IMG/VR virus record: IMGVR_UViG_3300036393_000024
Span: 1 to 61,278 of that record
Direction: 5' to 3' (one strand)
Length of the DNA: 61,278 bases
From: a virus
Lineage: Duplodnaviria > Caudoviricetes
The notes beneath the pieces were generated by a model. That model ran no database searches, was not told where the DNA came from, and saw only the letters and a list, made by a program, of their open reading frames with translations. Positions 18,412 to 28,263 of the stretch are shown here, piece after piece. The first letter of the stretch is position 1. Every line of letters begins with the position of its first letter. The position numbers were made by a program, and so were the translations under genes.

Positions 18412-18887
18412 TGGCCGGCCTTCCCTCCCTGGCCTCCTCGGAGGACCTCGAAGCGCTGCTCATGCGCGAGTTCGACGACCTCGAGGCGGCCCGGGTGGAG
18501 AAGGTGCTCAGCATCGCCTCGGACCTCGTCCGGGACGAGTCAGGCAAGTCCTGGCTCGACCCGGACGACCCGAGCAAGCTGGTGGATCCGCTGCCGGGGA
18601 TCGTCCGGATCATCACGCTGCGCTGCGCGGAGCGGGCCGTCCGCAACCCCGAGGGCTACTCCTCGGAATCCGCGGGCGACTACTCGTACCAGCGCGGCGG
18701 CTCCTCCGGTGAGGGTGGTCTGTTCCTCACCGAACGCGAGATCGCCCGCCTGCGCCGCGTCGGCGGCCGGACCGGGCTGGTGACCCAGCCGGTCACCCGG
18801 GGCGACTGCTTCGACCGGACGGAGTGGGTCAGCGACCAGTACGGCTACAAGCCGATCCCCATCGGGGTCCTGCCGGACTGGTTCTGA
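18411..18887 (+). CDS. Head-to-tail adaptor
   Basis: RAVRNPEGYSSESAGDYSY...GLFLTEREI. Confidence 0.8.
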   Translation: MAGLPSLASSEDLEALLMREFDDLEAARVEKVLSIASDLVRDESGKSWLDPDDPSKLVDPLPGIVRIITLRCAERAVRNPEGYSSESAGDYSYQRGGSSGEGGLFLTEREIARLRRVGGRTGLVTQPVTRGDCFDRTEWVSDQYGYKPIPIGVLPDWF

Positions 18888-19237
18888 TGGGCCTGCTCGA
18901 CAACGGCCCGCACACCGTGCAGGTCTACCTCGAGGAGACCACCACCGACGCCCGGGGCAACCCGGTGCGCCAGCCGAAGGCCTCGGGCCCGGTGACGGTG
19001 GCGGGCTGCTGGATGCAGCCCGTCGAGTCCGGCCGCGACGGCGGCTCCGCCCGCGACCTCGACCAAGGCCAGCGGGTGTCGGTCACCTACCGGCTGATCG
19101 CCCGCAACGCCCCGGTGGGGTTCTGGGCGGCCGTGGTGTGGCAGGGCCGCCGGTTCGCCCCGGTCGGCGGCCCGCAGGTGCGGGACTTCTCGACCGTGAC
19201 CGGGCATGTCAGCGTCGTGCTGCGGGAGGAACGCTGA
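18887..19237 (+). CDS. Head-to-tail stopper
   Basis: MGLLDNGPHTV...DARGNPV..MQP; synteny. Confidence 0.75.
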   Translation: MGLLDNGPHTVQVYLEETTTDARGNPVRQPKASGPVTVAGCWMQPVESGRDGGSARDLDQGQRVSVTYRLIARNAPVGFWAAVVWQGRRFAPVGGPQVRDFSTVTGHVSVVLREER

Positions 19238-19533
19238 TGGCCTCGGTGCACATCGACACGGACTGCAACGAGGTCGTCGCGCACCTCCCGGGTGTGCGGG
19301 CTGAGCTGGCCGCCACCGCCGAGGGCGGTAAGGCCCGGGCAGAGGCCATCCTGGCCGGCCATCACCGGACCGGGCAGACGGAGATCACCGTCACCGCCGG
19401 CGACAAGCTCGACTACTTCGTCAACCTCGTCGACAACTCGGCGAAGCCGGCCGCCGCGGCCATCGAGTACGGCCACACCACCAAGGGTGGCCGCGCGGTG
19501 CGGGGTGTCCACGCCATCTCCGGGGCGTTCTGA
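19237..19533 (+). CDS. Neck/tail completion protein (DUF5403-like)
   Basis: VAHLPGVR...AEAILAGH...AIEYGH; synteny. Confidence 0.65.
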   Translation: MASVHIDTDCNEVVAHLPGVRAELAATAEGGKARAEAILAGHHRTGQTEITVTAGDKLDYFVNLVDNSAKPAAAAIEYGHTTKGGRAVRGVHAISGAF

Positions 19534-19961
19534 TGTCCCGGCTGCTGCCGGACGTCGCGGCGGCGCCGTTCGTCGACGGCCTGGCCGTGCAGCTGCACCT
19601 GCTGCGCACCGGCCTCGGCGACGCGGTCAACGTGTTCACCCGGATCCCGGACGGGCTCCGGGAGCTGGTGCCGGCGGTCGTGATCGAGCGCACCGCCGGC
19701 GGGTCGACCCACCCGGAGTTCGCCTCGAGCTTCGGGATGACCTACCAGGTGTGGCACACCAGCGACGACCTCGCCTATGAGCTGTCCCGACAGGTGGCCA
19801 CGGTGATCTGGACCGCCCAGCGGCGCCAGACCGCCACCCCGGCCGGGCACATCGCCGGATGGTCGGAGATCTCCGGCTTCCACCCGGTGCCCGACGAGGG
19901 CCTCCCGGAGTTCGGCCGGTACGTGGCCGTGCTCGACCTACTGATCCGCAATCCCTCCTAG
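19533..19961 (+). CDS. Tail terminator
   Basis: Synteny before major tail; VIERTAGG, RYVAVLDLLIR. Confidence 0.7.
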   Translation: MSRLLPDVAAAPFVDGLAVQLHLLRTGLGDAVNVFTRIPDGLRELVPAVVIERTAGGSTHPEFASSFGMTYQVWHTSDDLAYELSRQVATVIWTAQRRQTATPAGHIAGWSEISGFHPVPDEGLPEFGRYVAVLDLLIRNPS

Positions 19962-20036
19962 CTCCCCTGTCCGCATCCGTCCACCGCTGGTGGTCGGGCG
20001 CTCACGCACGTCTTCGTCCCCCAAGGAGATACAGCA

Positions 20037-20903
20037 ATGGCACTGAACGACGATCAGCTGTTCCTGCCGGGAACGGGCTTCGTGTACGTCGCCGCGGCCG
20101 GCACTGCCGCCCCGGCGGACATGGCCGACCCGGAGGCCTCCGGCTACGTGAACATCGGCCACACGGACATCGACGACAACATCTCGATCACCCGGGACGG
20201 CGGGGACTCGGAGACGTTGGGGACCTGGCAGAACCCCGTCGCCCGCGAGCGCCGCGACCCGGTGACGTTCGCGGTCAAGATGAAGCTGCTGCAGTTCTCC
20301 AACGAAACGCTGGAGCTGTACTTCGGCGGCGGCGACAAGTCGGTGGCCGGCAAGTTCGGCGTGCCGATCACCGCGGTCCCGCAGGAGCGGGCGCTGTTCA
20401 TCAGGATCGTGGACGGCGACCGCGAGGCTCCGCTGTGGATCGAGAAGACCTCGATCGGGTCCGATGACGACGTCGAGGCCGACACCGAGAAGTTCATGGG
20501 CTTCCCGGTGCGGGCCACCGTGCTGGGCGTGACCGGGCACAACCTGATGGAGTTCTTCGGCGATCACCTGGGCGTCCAGGGCAACGAGGTCCAGACCGTC
20601 ACCATCACCGGCACCCCCACCGGCGGCACCTTCACGTTGACCTACGCCGGCCAGACCACCGCGGCGATCGCCTACAACGCCGCCGCGGCGGCGGTCAAGG
20701 CAGCGCTGGTGGCCCTGTCGAACATCGGCTCGGCCGACGTCGCCGTGACCGGTGGCCCCGGGCCCGGCACGCCGTGGGTGGTCACTTTCCAGGGCAACCT
20801 CGCCGACACCGACGTGGCGCAGATGACCGCCAACTCGGCGGGCCTCACCGGCGGCACTTCGCCGGCGGTGGCGGTCACCACCACGACCCCCGGCGGCAAC
20901 TAG
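20037..20903 (+). CDS. Major tail protein with C-terminal beta-rich extension
   Basis: MALNDD..FLPGTGFVY...IGHT...GGDSETLGTWQ; RBS AAGGAG. Confidence 0.9.
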   Translation: MALNDDQLFLPGTGFVYVAAAGTAAPADMADPEASGYVNIGHTDIDDNISITRDGGDSETLGTWQNPVARERRDPVTFAVKMKLLQFSNETLELYFGGGDKSVAGKFGVPITAVPQERALFIRIVDGDREAPLWIEKTSIGSDDDVEADTEKFMGFPVRATVLGVTGHNLMEFFGDHLGVQGNEVQTVTITGTPTGGTFTLTYAGQTTAAIAYNAAAAAVKAALVALSNIGSADVAVTGGPGPGTPWVVTFQGNLADTDVAQMTANSAGLTGGTSPAVAVTTTTPGGN

Positions 20904-20993
20904 GACGGTTGGCCGGCGCGCGAGTGGGCTCCGCGCCGGCCAACCACCTCCGCTCGAGCCCACGGCGAGCCCACACGCTAGGAGAGCCCACCC

Positions 20994-21467
20994 ATGTCCG
21001 TCCCCACCGAGTTCCAGGTCCCCCCCGGCACCGCTGATGAGGCGAAGGCGCAGCCCACGCTCGTCGACGCCATCGCCGAGGACGCCAAGGCCGCCGACGA
21101 GCCGCCGGACTACCCCGAGGGTGCCCCGGAGTTCTATGCGCTCATGCGGGTGCCCTACCGGCAGCGCGCGGAGGCGATCCGCAAGTACGGCGAGGTGCAG
21201 GCCTACCTGAAGGCGCATCCCGGCGTCGGGCAGGACCGCGACGAGGACGACTCCGACAACTCGGAGTCGAGCGAGACCGACTGGGTAGCGACCGCGGACA
21301 AGTTCGAGCTCGTCGGGCTGCTCGACGAGTTCCTGCTGACGGTCGCGGTCGACCGGGGCGCCTACGAAGCGTGGCCGGAGCGCACCGACGTCGGTGTGTT
21401 CATGCAGACCTGGTCCGCGTGGCAGGGGCGAACCCAGCCGGGGGAAGCCTCCAGCTCGTCAAGCTGA
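20994..21467 (+). CDS. Tail assembly chaperone (G-like)
   Basis: Between major tail and TMP; ends QPGEASSSSS over slippery GGGGGAA. Confidence 0.8.
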   Translation: MSVPTEFQVPPGTADEAKAQPTLVDAIAEDAKAADEPPDYPEGAPEFYALMRVPYRQRAEAIRKYGEVQAYLKAHPGVGQDRDEDDSDNSESSETDWVATADKFELVGLLDEFLLTVAVDRGAYEAWPERTDVGVFMQTWSAWQGRTQPGEASSSSS

Positions 21468-21835
21468 TCGAAGACGGGCACGGCGAGGCGATCCTGTCGG
21501 ACCTGTCGCAGTACCACGGCCGCGATCTGCGCGACCTGTGGCGCGACAACCGCGACCTGACACCCCGATACGTGCTCTGGCTTGTCGGGCACCTCCCGGA
21601 GGACTCCGCGTTCATCGCGTCCATGCGCGGTGGCCAGCAGCATCGAGTGTGGACGCTGCAGAACCATCTCCTGGCGTCGGTGGCCAACCTGCTGTTCGCG
21701 GCCAACCGCCAGCGTGCCGGCCTGAAGACCCACAGCATGCCGGTGAAGCCGCCCACCCCGAAGACCGCGAAGCGCCAGCGGCGGGTCATCCCGATCGGCC
21801 GGTTGCCCGGCGTCCGGAGGATCGCGGGCCGCTAG
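21440..21835 (+). CDS. Tail assembly chaperone -1 frameshift extension (GT-like)
   Basis: G GGG GAA at 21440-21446; -1 frame reads GGSLQLVKLIEDGHGEAILSDLSQYHGRDL...HLPEDSAF. Confidence 0.8.
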   Translation, partial: GGSLQLVKLIEDGHGEAILSDLSQYHGRDLRDLWRDNRDLTPRYVLWLVGHLPEDSAFIASMRGGQQHRVWTLQNHLLASVANLLFAANRQRAGLKTHSMPVKPPTPKTAKRQRRVIPIGRLPGVRRIAGR

Positions 21836-22219
21836 CTAGCGGATCCTGGTCCAGGGCTGGCAACCCTGAGTCATGAACGCTCCGTCAGTCGGCGCGATGG
21901 TCACGACCTTCTGGCCGGCGCCCGACTGGTAGGCCAGGACCGCGTCCGGAGTGCCGGAGGTGTCCCGGAGCCGACTGACCCTGCAGCCGACAATCGAGTT
22001 CGTGGACGGTCCTCGTGAGCGGTAGGTGCCCGGCGTGATGTCGGTGGGCACCAGGTAGATCCCTTCGCCACTGAGGTAGCCGGCCGGCAGAGCCGGCTCG
22101 GCTGGTGCGGTCGTTACGGCTGCCGGCGCGGCCGCGCTGGATGAATCTCCCGGTGCGGGACAGATGCCACAAGCGGTGAGCCCGGTGAGCAGGACGCCGG
22201 CAACAGCAACTCGAAGCAT
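21836..22219 (-). CDS. Lipoprotein (antisense moron)
   Basis: Signal peptide with LTAC lipobox; GIYLVPTDITPGTYR...C..RL...GCQPW. Confidence 0.75.
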   Translation of the reverse strand: MLRVAVAGVLLTGLTACGICPAPGDSSSAAAPAAVTTAPAEPALPAGYLSGEGIYLVPTDITPGTYRSRGPSTNSIVGCRVSRLRDTSGTPDAVLAYQSGAGQKVVTIAPTDGAFMTQGCQPWTRIR

Positions 22220-22311
22220 GATCGTTTCCTCATGGTCGGTAACCGGTCATCGCCGGTCGGGACACCCCCGTTACGCCATTCGCCGACTTCAGAGCGCGGG
22301 GAGGTGTTCTC

Positions 22312-25300
22312 GTGCCCGGTGACAAGACGGTCGGCTCGGTCAGCGTCCGGGTCTTGCCGGACACCTCCCGCTTCAAGCGCGAGCTGGAGGCCGAGCTCGC
22401 CAAGATCGGCGACGTCACCGTCAAGGTCGACCTGGACCTGGATCGGCGCACGTTCGACGCGCAGCTGGAGAAGCTGCGGGCCACCGACATCACGATCAAG
22501 GCCGACGTCGACGTGGACCAGGACCAGGTCGGTAAGGCGCTCGCCGGCAAGAAGGTCACGGTCCCGACCGAGGCCGACGTCGACCAGTTCATCAAGGACA
22601 TCGAGAAGCACGTCCGCGACTCGGCGGGCGTGAAGATCCCCCCGATCAAGATCCCCCCGGTGAAGGACCCGATCAAGGTCCCAGTGGAGATCGACTTCGA
22701 CAAGCTGTCGGCCGATGCCCGCATCAAGGAGGCGCTGGCCAAGAAGGCCGGCCTGAGGGTAGTCAAGGTCAACGCGGACATCGCCGAAGCCCAGGCGAAG
22801 CTCGCGGTGCTCGACGGAGAGTTCAGGCGACTCAACGCGCGGCCGCGCTCGGTGACGGTGGCCGCCGATGTCGCCTCGGCCGCCGCCAAGATCGCGGACC
22901 TGAAGCTGAGGCTGGCCACCCTCCGGGATGCCAGGGTCAAGATCGACGCCGACGCATCCTCGGCGCTTCGTGCGGCCGCCGAAGCGAGCGCGGCCCTAGC
23001 GGCGATCCCCAACCGGAAGAAGATCAAGCTCGAGGTCGACGGCGACCCGTTCAAGCGGATGCTCCGAGGAATCGCCTCGGACGTCGGCAGCGCCGTCGGG
23101 GGCGCGTTCTCCAGCGCCGGCCAGGCCGTCAGCGGCCTGGGCAGGTCACTGGGCGACGTCGCTTCCACCGCCGGGCCGCTGGTCCTGACCGTGGCCAAGA
23201 TCGGTGTCGCCGGATTCGCGGTCGCCGAGGCCGGCGCGGCGATCACCGTTGCCTGGGGTGCGGCGTCCACGGCGATCGCCGCCGTGCCGGCCGCCATCGG
23301 GCTGGTCGCCGCCCCGCTGGCCGCCGCCGCGCTCGGCATGGACGGCATCAAGCGGGCCGCCAAGACGATCGCGCCCCAGTTCAACAAGCTCAAGAGCGCG
23401 GTCTCGAACGCCTTCGAGAAGGGCCTCACCCCGGTCTTGAAGACCATCGGCAACGAGCTGTTCCCCAAGCTCGCCGTCGGGCTGTCCGGGACCGCTACCG
23501 CCCTGTCGAAGCTGGCCACCGGGCTCGGCGACTTCGTCACGCGCGGCGCCGGCCTGGGCCTGCTCTCGACCGCGATCGGCAACATCAACGCCGCCATCGG
23601 CCGGGTCAACCTGGTCCCGCTGGTCGAGGGGTTCCTCCGGCTGACCGGCAACAACGCCGCGCTGCAGGCACTAGTCACCACGATCAACGGCGTCGGAACG
23701 GCCCTGAACTCGATCAGCCTGAACGCCGACCTCGACGGCGCGTTCCAGGCCCTCGGAGAGACCCTGCGGTCGCTCACCGCCGGGTTCGCCGGCCTGGTCA
23801 ACAACGGCATCACCGTGTTCAAGAACGCCGCCCCGGGCGTGAAGAAGGCGCTCGACGGTATCAGCGACTTCTTCGGCAAGTTCGACTACGAGCGCCTCGG
23901 CAAGGCCGCCGGTAACGCCATCGGCGGCATCGGCGACGCGCTGAAGAAGATCCCTCAGGGCACGGTCGACGGGATCACCAGCGCATTCGAGCGACTGGGT
24001 ACGACGCTGAGCGGCCCCGAGATCCAGAACGGCCTCGCGGCCCTGGCCCGGCTGATCCCGCCGGCGGTAGACGCGATCAACAGCCTGGCCAAGGCTCTGG
24101 CGGCGAGGGCGGTCGAGGTCGACAACTTCGCCGACTTCCTCAACGACCCGGTCGACTTCTTCAGCGCCACCGGCAAGCACGCGGCCAAGGAGAAGGCCCA
24201 GTTCAAGAACTACATGGACGGCCTCGCCCAGGGCATCGCCGACGGCCGCCCCGGGGTGGTGGCCGAGGCCGAGAAGCTCGGCCCTGAGCTGAGCGCCAAG
24301 GTCCAGGTGGCCGCTCAGAACATCCAGTCGAACCGTATCCCGGCCGCCTTCAAGGAGGGGATCACCCCGCTGGGCGGCATCGTTCGCGGTGCCTTCGGCG
24401 AGGTCCCCGCCGTCACCAGCAACGAGCTGGGCAAGATCCCCGGCATCACCCGCTCGGCCGTCGGCAAGACGGTCGGCCTGTTCGGTACCGGTCTGGGCCA
24501 GCTCTCCCCGCAGCTGCAGGCCGAGCTCGGCATCCTGCCCGGCCAGGCTCAGACCAGCCTCGCCCCGCTGGCCCCGGCCGCCGGCCAGTCCGTCGCGGCC
24601 ATGACCGCCGCCGTCGACGCGTCCATCCCGGGCCTCGGGACCGCGTTCGCCACCGGGTTCACCAACCTCGGCCCGCTGGTCGACACCGCATTCCAGGCCC
24701 TGACCACCACCAACATCGCCACCGGTCTGCAGGGCATGGCCACGGCCATCACCACCGGGTTCCCCGCTCTGATCGGCACCGCTTTCACCACCGGGTTCGT
24801 CGCCGCGGTGTTCCCGGCGGTCGACCAGGCCTTCGCCGGCCTCGGCGTGTCGGTGACGATGGGCATGGTCAACCTCGGCACGGCCATCACCGCCGCGATC
24901 CCCGTTCTGGGCACCGCCTTCACCGCCGGGTTCGTCGCCGCCGTCTACCCGGCTGTCGACCAGGCCTTCGCCGGCCTCGGGGTCACGGTGACGATGGGCA
25001 TGGTCAACCTCGGGCTCGCGGTGACCGCCGGGATGACCTCGATCTCCACCGCTTTCACCACCGGATTCGTCGGCATCCAGGCCTCGATCACGACCGCGCT
25101 GACCGGGATCGCGGCCTCGATCGTCGGCACAATGACCGGGGTGACCACGGCGGTCACCGCCGGCATGAGCCAGGCCAACGCCGCGATCCAGGCCGGCACA
25201 TCGCAGATGTCCGCGACGCTGGCCGCCGCCGGCCAGGGGCTGGTCACGAACATCAGGTCCACGATGGACCAGTTCGTCGCCGCCGTGCGGACCGGCGGCC

Positions 25301-25857
25301 AGCAGGCCGTGGACGCGCTCAAGCAGGTCGGCGAGCGGATGAAGACGGCCATCCCGGCCAACATCCTGGAGCCGGTGGGTCGGCAGATCAGCGCCGGTCT
25401 CGCCAAGGGCATCGCCGCCGGCGGCTCGGCGGTCACCGCCGCCGCTGTGAAGGTCGTTCAGGACGCGGCGGCCGCCGCGAACTCCGCCGCGCAGATCAAC
25501 TCCCCGTCCCGGGTATGGATGCTGATCGGCCGGTTCCTGACCAAGGGCCTCGCGCTGGGGATCACCTCCGAGACCGACGTGGTGGTGCGTGCGGTCGAAG
25601 CCATGATGGGCACCGCCGCCGCGTCGGTCCCCCAGCTGAGCGCCGCGCTGGACGAGGCGCTGTCGGCGAACGACTTCACCGCCGGCCTGCATCAGAAGGT
25701 GGCCGTGTCCGGGGGGCCGGACGTCGCGGGCACGGTGGCGTCGGCCGGGGACATCTACAACTTCACCACGGTCCCGGATGCGACCGCGCGCCAGCTCGCC
25801 GACGAGGTGTCGTTCCGCCGGCGCACCGCGAGGCGAGGTGTCCATGCCGGTCGCTGA
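22312..25857 (+). CDS. Tape measure protein
   Basis: VGSVSVRVLPDTSRF N-terminus, Ala/Gly-rich helical body, INSPSRV C-terminus, 1181 aa. Confidence 0.92.
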   Translation: MPGDKTVGSVSVRVLPDTSRFKRELEAELAKIGDVTVKVDLDLDRRTFDAQLEKLRATDITIKADVDVDQDQVGKALAGKKVTVPTEADVDQFIKDIEKHVRDSAGVKIPPIKIPPVKDPIKVPVEIDFDKLSADARIKEALAKKAGLRVVKVNADIAEAQAKLAVLDGEFRRLNARPRSVTVAADVASAAAKIADLKLRLATLRDARVKIDADASSALRAAAEASAALAAIPNRKKIKLEVDGDPFKRMLRGIASDVGSAVGGAFSSAGQAVSGLGRSLGDVASTAGPLVLTVAKIGVAGFAVAEAGAAITVAWGAASTAIAAVPAAIGLVAAPLAAAALGMDGIKRAAKTIAPQFNKLKSAVSNAFEKGLTPVLKTIGNELFPKLAVGLSGTATALSKLATGLGDFVTRGAGLGLLSTAIGNINAAIGRVNLVPLVEGFLRLTGNNAALQALVTTINGVGTALNSISLNADLDGAFQALGETLRSLTAGFAGLVNNGITVFKNAAPGVKKALDGISDFFGKFDYERLGKAAGNAIGGIGDALKKIPQGTVDGITSAFERLGTTLSGPEIQNGLAALARLIPPAVDAINSLAKALAARAVEVDNFADFLNDPVDFFSATGKHAAKEKAQFKNYMDGLAQGIADGRPGVVAEAEKLGPELSAKVQVAAQNIQSNRIPAAFKEGITPLGGIVRGAFGEVPAVTSNELGKIPGITRSAVGKTVGLFGTGLGQLSPQLQAELGILPGQAQTSLAPLAPAAGQSVAAMTAAVDASIPGLGTAFATGFTNLGPLVDTAFQALTTTNIATGLQGMATAITTGFPALIGTAFTTGFVAAVFPAVDQAFAGLGVSVTMGMVNLGTAITAAIPVLGTAFTAGFVAAVYPAVDQAFAGLGVTVTMGMVNLGLAVTAGMTSISTAFTTGFVGIQASITTALTGIAASIVGTMTGVTTAVTAGMSQANAAIQAGTSQMSATLAAAGQGLVTNIRSTMDQFVAAVRTGGQQAVDALKQVGERMKTAIPANILEPVGRQISAGLAKGIAAGGSAVTAAAVKVVQDAAAAANSAAQINSPSRVWMLIGRFLTKGLALGITSETDVVVRAVEAMMGTAAASVPQLSAALDEALSANDFTAGLHQKVAVSGGPDVAGTVASAGDIYNFTTVPDATARQLADEVSFRRRTARRGVHAGR

Positions 25858-26752
25858 GCTCACCCGCGAGCTGTCTTACGAGCTGCTCTCCGGCTCGGAC
25901 TCGTTCGTGTTCGGCGAGGGCACCGGGTTCATCGTCGAGGACCTGGAGTTCACCCCCGGCGAGCTGCGCCGCACTCGCACCCCGGAGCCGCGCGGTGACG
26001 GGGACCGGCATGGCCGGGACACCTTCGGCGGCAATCTGCTGACCTTCAAGCTGGTCGTCGACCAGTCCCCGTACCCGTTCGACGTGCCCGGCCCGCTGCT
26101 CGGGCAGGACCAGTTCTCCTCGGCCTGGCGGGCCAACAGCGTGCGCTCGCAACCGGGCGGGGTGTCGGTGCTGCGGATGCGCCGGGGCGGGCGGGTCCGG
26201 CGGGCGTACGGCCGTCCTGGGCGGTGGAAACCGGACCCTGAGCGTGACCGCTACGGCTGGGTGGGGATCACCGCTGAGTTCGAGTGCCGCGACGACCTGT
26301 TCTACTCCGACGCCGAGCGCATCAACTCGGTGTCGATCGTCCCCCCGGACGCCGGCGGCTACATGTTCCCGTTCACCTGGCCCTGGGGGTCGGTGGGCGT
26401 GTCCTACGCCCCCGGCGTGATCACCGTAGGCGGCAACGAGCCGGCCTGGATGTGCTTCCTGATCCGAGGCCCGATCACCCGCCCGACCATCGACGTGGTC
26501 GGCGAGTGGGCTGCGACCCTGGACCTTTCCCTGGCCGCCGGCGAGTGGGTGTCCGTCGACTCCCGGCCGTGGTCGCGCGCCGTGCGCAACTCCGGCGGCG
26601 CCTACATCTCCGGCTCGCTCACCCCGGGCAGCCCGGCGCTGAGCGAGCTCCGGCTCAAGCCAGGGCGCCACGAGGTGGTCCTGCGGGGCACCGATGGGAC
26701 GGGGACGGCGTCGATGAGTACCGCCTGGCGCGACAGCTGGTCCTCGTACTGA
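25844..26752 (+). CDS. Distal tail / minor tail protein
   Basis: After TMP; RRAYGRP, GPITRP, WRDSW. Confidence 0.8.
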   Translation: MPVAELTRELSYELLSGSDSFVFGEGTGFIVEDLEFTPGELRRTRTPEPRGDGDRHGRDTFGGNLLTFKLVVDQSPYPFDVPGPLLGQDQFSSAWRANSVRSQPGGVSVLRMRRGGRVRRAYGRPGRWKPDPERDRYGWVGITAEFECRDDLFYSDAERINSVSIVPPDAGGYMFPFTWPWGSVGVSYAPGVITVGGNEPAWMCFLIRGPITRPTIDVVGEWAATLDLSLAAGEWVSVDSRPWSRAVRNSGGAYISGSLTPGSPALSELRLKPGRHEVVLRGTDGTGTASMSTAWRDSWSSY

Positions 26753-26961
26753 TGGACGTCGATTTCGCCGCCCTGGAGCGCGAGCACTGCGAACCGTGCG
26801 AGGGCTGCGGCACGTCGCTCATGAAGCGAGGCTCCTGGCTCTCCTGGCTCAACCACGAAGGCCCTGGGCAGCCGGAGACCTGGGCAGTGCCGGACGGCGA
26901 CTCCATGAAGTTCGTGGAGCACACGCACCAGCGGTGCGCTCAAGCTCGTAAGGAGACCTGA
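26752..26961 (+). CDS. Small Cys/His protein inserted in tail operon
   Basis: MDVDF...CEPCEGC...HTHQRC; TGATG coupling on both sides. Confidence 0.5.
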   Translation: MDVDFAALEREHCEPCEGCGTSLMKRGSWLSWLNHEGPGQPETWAVPDGDSMKFVEHTHQRCAQARKET

Positions 26962-27962
26962 TGCCCGAGGCTGGCCAGTACGTCCCCTGGGGGATCGGCG
27001 GCGGGGCCGTGCAGTCCGCCCGGCTGGGTCGGCTGCTGGCCTTCCACGCCATCAACGGGCTGGAGGGCGTCACCGCGTCCACCGACCTGGCGGTGCAGTC
27101 CCTCGTCGTCGCCGGCACGTCGATCCGGGTGTCTCCCGGCTCGTGTGGGGTCATCGCGCGGCACTTGAGCGCCTACCAGGAGGCGTATCTGGACTCGCTC
27201 CAGACTGAGGTCGTGAAGGCGATCAACCCGACCGACGGCTCCGGCGGGCGCTCGGACCTGGTGATCTACCGGGTGGAGAACCCGCACATCTCCGGCGAGC
27301 CGTGGTCCATGCCTGAGGACGTCGCCAACGGCCCGTACGGGTTCGTGCGGGTCATCGAGAACGTGCCGAACACGACGGTCGCGGTGACCCCGGTGAACGC
27401 CGGATGGTCGGCGATCCCGCTGGCCCGGATCGACCTGCCCGCCAACACCGGCACCATCACCCAGGCGATGGTCAAGGATCTCCGCAAGGTGATCGGCACC
27501 GGAGGCAACGCGGGCGGCCAGACCCCGGGCACCACCGTGCCTGGCGGCGGGGACGGCGACGTGCTGTCGACGCAGACCGCCTACTTCCCGTGGCCGGGGA
27601 CCGCGACCCAGATGGTCGACGTGCCGGCCGCCGCCACGGTGTTCGACCTGGACTGCACGATCGCCAACGTCCAGGTGCTCGACGGCGACAAGGACGGCTA
27701 CGTCCGGGCGGTGTTCAACAGTTTCCCGCTGCCGGAGAAGGGCTTCACGATCGCCTGGCCGGGCGCCACCACCAACGGGACGATCGTCCTGCATTACAAC
27801 GACATCCCGGTCCCGGCCGAGTTCCGCGGCAAGAAGGTCCCGATCCGTCTGGAGGCGCGCTCGTTGACCGCGCTCGGGGCGGGGAAGCTCGTCGCCAAGA
27901 CGACGACCTCGATCACGTTCAAGTTCGAGTTCCAGCAGGCCGCGGACCTGCCGGCGGCCTAG
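26961..27962 (+). CDS. Minor tail protein
   Basis: VPWGIGGGA...GRSDLVIYRVENP...IPLARIDLPANTGTIT..MVKDLR. Confidence 0.8.
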   Translation: MPEAGQYVPWGIGGGAVQSARLGRLLAFHAINGLEGVTASTDLAVQSLVVAGTSIRVSPGSCGVIARHLSAYQEAYLDSLQTEVVKAINPTDGSGGRSDLVIYRVENPHISGEPWSMPEDVANGPYGFVRVIENVPNTTVAVTPVNAGWSAIPLARIDLPANTGTITQAMVKDLRKVIGTGGNAGGQTPGTTVPGGGDGDVLSTQTAYFPWPGTATQMVDVPAAATVFDLDCTIANVQVLDGDKDGYVRAVFNSFPLPEKGFTIAWPGATTNGTIVLHYNDIPVPAEFRGKKVPIRLEARSLTALGAGKLVAKTTTSITFKFEFQQAADLPAA

Positions 27963-28228
27963 ATCGACGTGCGAGCCGCCTTGGACCGCACGTGTTCGCA
28001 GCTCTCACACGGACAGGATCGGAAGTCGTGGTCCTCGGAGTCGCCCAGTGAGTGCCCCGCCGGGCGCATCTCGGTTCCGTGGACCGGGCACGGCCGTCGC
28101 AATGGCATCCGCAGGCCGGTGAAGTCGGTGTAGCACTCGCACACTCCCTCGACCGGCGGCCGGTCCGTGCGCTCGGTGTACGCGCCCAGCCGAGCGCTCA
28201 CGTGCTGCTCGATCTCCACCTCATTCAT
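27959..28228 (-). CDS. Small Cys-rich protein (antisense moron)
   Basis: CECY..CPVHG..CPCESC; fills the gap between tail genes. Confidence 0.45.
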   Translation of the reverse strand: MNEVEIEQHVSARLGAYTERTDRPPVEGVCECYTDFTGLRMPLRRPCPVHGTEMRPAGHSLGDSEDHDFRSCPCESCEHVRSKAARTSI

Positions 28229-28263
28229 CTCGCCATTCTCGCAGCTCGGAGGTCTCTTCACCC

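Noticed and set aside
23911-23920. Partial matches to the 15-bp motif (GGTAACGCCA here; GGTAACGCGG at about 45947)
   Set aside because: These are half-sites only and compatible with chance codon usage.
22230-25863. Long antisense ORFs (549 and 730 aa) over the TMP, and similar ones over portal, terminase and tail genes
   Set aside because: These are shadow ORFs expected from high GC3 codon bias, with no protein motifs.
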